A DNA stretch of 64,000 nucleotides from the NCBI GenBank assembly GCA_051362555.1, contig CM120647.1, positions 14,112,651 to 14,176,650 on the forward strand, written 5' to 3'. The position numbers and the translations under genes are program-made. This DNA comes from Lingula anatina. Taxonomy: Eukaryota; Animalia; Brachiopoda. Below the pieces are notes generated by a model, which saw nothing but the letters and a program-made list of their open reading frames with translations, was not told where the DNA came from and made no database searches. Shown here one piece after another: positions 59,927 to 64,000 of the stretch (within the stretch, counting starts at the first letter, position 1; every line of letters begins with the position of its first letter).

Positions 59927-61023
59927 CACGACTCCTTTTCTTGTAAGTTATATTAATAATATAAATTTCATTTCACATGTTGGGTGAACACTGTAGGTCT
60001 AGTTATATACATCTACCTTCGCCAAGGAGGTTGCTCTTCGCTTCCGTATTTTTTATTCAAAATTTTGATAAAAATTTTCAGGACAGGGAATGTGCTGTAT
60101 CTGATTAAGTTAGTTCATTGATAATTAATTTGTAAGACGAGAATTGTATTTATCAATTAATTGATTAACTAATCATTAAATGGTTATTGAGAATTGAGTT
60201 GCTTTGGCGGTGGACTGCACTTTCTGAATGCTTTTCTAGTCGTTTTATATTTATAATCTGATGCAGATGTCAAATTATTCATTGCCCGTGTTTAATTTAA
60301 TTAAAGCCCAAAAATCCGCTCGACTTTACCATTTTAACACATCCCCCTTTTCTTACGAGGAAAAAGATAATAAAACTTGCATGATATGGTGCTCAGACAA
60401 GAACTGACATCCCAGTTTTTATTTGTTTGTTTGTTTGTCTGTTTGTTTGTTTCTTTGAGAGAGGGAGAGAAAGAAAGAAAGATAAATAAAGAGTAAATGA
60501 TACAAAACTAACGTCCCACGTTTGTCCTTTCCAGGTTTATTATCACAACCATTTTTTTCATGGTGATCATTTATCCATCATAATCTTTACTTGAAAGTGC
60601 TTAGGCATTTATCATCAAAACACAGTAAATGTCCCGCATTGCAAACTGTCTAATATTCTTGCTAGGCCAACATGCCAAAAGGGACTACGTGTGTATTTTC
60701 TATTTATTAAATAGACGGTGGGATTATTTCCTGAAATAAATCATCCTAACACGCCCTCCTATATTATCAATGAACCAAAGGACATTGCTGTCACCAGTAA
60801 ATCAAGACGCAATTAGGTCATATCCTCGAGCTCTCCCCGTTAAGTTTTGGGTGCATGTGCCCCTTAGTCTTGCCATGATCTTGGGAATGACTCAGGCTGC
60901 TCAAGTTTCAGGAAAATATATTTCAATCATAATAATATAATTTGTACATGTATGAAATGAGCAAGTGCATATTTATGATTGGAGGTCAAATTAGCTTTTA
61001 CATTTTGGATAAATCTGTGAATT

Positions 61024-61071
<48 letters not shown>

Positions 61072-62924
61072 ATTGAGACAAAAATATGATATGATAAAAT
61101 ACTTTTAAATCATGTGACGGGGGAAATAAAAGATTGGCATATACTTATCCGCCTTTGATCAGATAGCTACAGTCAAGAGCTGGTTATGAAAAAAAGGGGG
61201 TCTGCTTCCTCCTTTTTAACCCGTAGTTTTCGATGTTGTTATCATAAAACATCTTGGCGGTTACAAAATGTGGAGTGAATAAAATGCACTTCCTCGTGCT
61301 AGTTCAGAACTTCGGTGATAATAACCATTGACCATTTAAGGAGAGTCTGTTACTTTGTTTTCAACATACACCGAACCGGACTTTTTTTTTTTTTAGAAGG
61401 ATGGGGTTGTAAGTAAACAAAATTCACCCAATGCCTTTATTTCTTTCTTGCTGTTCATACATGTTCATGTATTTGATAGTTATCAATTTTTCTCTTGGTG
61501 GTTAAGGCACTGATATACATTTTATACATCATTAAATGTTCCTGGTAATAAATTATGTATAATACCAATTGATATCGTGTATAGACTTGAATATTATTTC
61601 TGAGGTCAATTATATTGGATTTAACGTCAGTAGTGTTTATTCAATTACTTCTTTATTTATACTTGCCTTAAGCTACCACTTTTATCTCATGGAAACAGGG
61701 AAGATATAGCAAACAAAATACATTTACTTATATAGTTTATCTTTAAAATGTCTTTTTTCATAATTTAGATTCAAATTCGCTGTAACTATCACGATTTGTA
61801 TGTGAAGCTTTATAATCGTGGATGATTCTTAGCTTTTGAAAAATGAAACAACAAATTATGTATTAGAGTACATCTTAATTATATTTATTAAAAAAGATAT
61901 CCAACTTGAAGTCCAAATGTATGTATCTTTGTAACTGCAGACCAAAAGAAAATCATAAATAAAAATTTACACACAGCTTGTAAATTGTCTTATCTGTTCT
62001 TCGTCTTTTTGGGGTATTTTCTAATGCCTTCGATAGTTACAAATGTTAAATGTTATCAGTTTGATCTAAAGGCAAACCGCCCTTCTGTTACTTCAAAGAG
62101 AACTTAAAATGACTACGTGAAATGTCACCACATAAAAGAAGGAAAAAACGAGCGGGAAGATATGTGCATAGCAGCGTCGGTTATCGGGGGGTTAAGGGTC
62201 CCGTTTTTTCCTGTTTAACTGTTGTTCAACGATACCATATCATTAATATCTAATTACGGGGCATTCAGCGCGTTCATGACTAGGAATCCCTTGTCTAACG
62301 TTCTGCTCCTCCGCCCGTGAGAACTCCACTGTCACGTGATGGGCGGTCGCGGAAATTTTGGGGAGAGACAATGGGAACGTTATGCACTTTTTTGCGTGGT
62401 GTGACGCAGCGTGATGTAGGCGAACGGCCTCTGGGTGATGTATAGCTTGGAAATGCTGATCATCTTCCGCTGTGACACCTCGACCATGAATTTGTCCTTT
62501 TGAGAAAATGTCAAGTATTTTTGTTCTCTTAAAGGTGGGATAGCCTGTCCGCCTATGTTTTTCTCCCCCACTGAACAAATTAATTCCGTTATTGTGAAGT
62601 CTCCCCTGACAACCCCCGTAGACGGGTAACTGTTGTCATTGGCAAGTCATTTCAATGCATTTCTACAAGATACTGCACAAGCAAGAATGACGGAGATTGA
62701 TGTACTTCTGCAAAGCACTTTTAGGTGAGTGGGCTTTTTTTTTTTCTCGAGATGTTTCTGGTGTCTATAGCATGTTGCCATGGAAATCAAGCAATGAGTT
62801 GTGTATCATACTTTTTCAAGTTGCATATTGTTGCTAACGTAGGTGACATGAACATGAAAATGAAAGAGAGAGGGAATAAATGAAAGAGAGAGAGAGAGAG
62901 GGAGAGACATAGAGAGAGGGGGGA

Positions 62925-62925
<1 letters not shown>

Positions 62926-62972
<47 letters not shown>
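62926..62972. repeat. (TG)n microsatellite flanked by (GA)n runs
   Basis: Directly visible. Confidence 0.9.
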
Positions 62973-62977
<5 letters not shown>

Positions 62978-64000
62978 GAGAGAAGGAGAGAGAGAGATCA
63001 ATGGGTTTCGCATCGAGTATCGTGGAATCGTGGTTCAAACGATAAGTTGAGAGTTAGAGAGAAATATAATGTATAGAAAGTCGAAACAGGACACGTTCGC
63101 ACAGCCACTCACAATCAAACTCAAGAAAATAGGAAGGCGAAACAAAAAACAAGGAAGAATATATAAAACACGCTACAAAGAAATCTAAATATAAACATTA
63201 TTTTATCTTGGCTGCTGACTAACGATGCCCTTGTCAGCAAAGAAAATTTACTAGACAAAATCATCTTCTCAGACCAATTTGTTTAATTCGTACTTTTCTT
63301 CCCAAAGCCTTTGTTTTTTCAAGGACGCAACCGCTAGGTTTATCATCATTTTACAAATAAAAGATATTAATTTTGGAGTAATTGCCCACGGAAATATTTT
63401 ACGTGGGGCGCATGAATTTATTACCCTTATGTTGAAATTAATGCTTTGAGTCTCGCGTCTCTATAATGCTAATGTTTTTGTTGGTGGCTGAGAAAACTGT
63501 CGATTTTAAAACTGTGATTTGACATTGATAGCGAGACCCTGCTCGTGCTATGAAATAACCGTTGTTTAATACGAGACTGGTGGGGCATTTTGAAACAATA
63601 TGACAATTTTAGTCGCAGGATAATGTAAACGTTTATGTCTTTTAATTAATTTTTCTTCTTTATATACTTCAAGTCACCTCTGCTGAGATCTACGCAGTAA
63701 TAATGAAATACCTTTATTTGAATAATGCAACACAATAACAAATTACCAATTTGGCATGCTCAGTTTTGATAAAAAAAGAGACAGATAGTACCTACGTAAA
63801 GGTAAATTTTATTTTTAGAATAAATCGAAATAAAATTGCATCATGGTGGTCGTTGTCGTACCTAATTAAATCGATGTCCATGCAAGCGGTAAATTGAAAC
63901 CTTTCGCGAGTGAATATGCCGCTATTTTTCCCACTCATTTCCTTCACAAAGAACGCAGAAAACTGATGACTAAGAATGACGTATTAAATAAGAAAATTGT

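Overview
AT-rich, intron-rich animal genomic DNA (invertebrate; a mollusc/lophotrochozoan origin is my inference), not prokaryotic. Reconstructed by hand from splice sites and reading frames: (1) an intronless UDP-glycosyltransferase (+, 4507-6126); (2) TTC38 (-, 14561-6638, 13 coding exons per isoform) with an apparent pair of mutually exclusive 82-nt exons; (3) head-to-head with it, a 17-exon pseudouridine-5'-phosphate glycosidase/PfkB pseudouridine kinase fusion gene (+, 15450-40709, 719 aa), which has a U12-type intron and two antisense claudin-like genes nested in its 9.5-kb intron 13; (4) a Cas1p/RWA-type O-acetyltransferase (-, 48435-45847) that looks plant-RWA-like; (5) three identical tRNA-Cys(GCA) genes; plus MITEs, LINE remnants and a 2-kb TIR element. 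The most striking pattern is that at least seven splice sites in three genes have been tandemly copied together with the adjacent exon edge into the intron (2 to about 49 copies), creating arrays of decoy splice sites.
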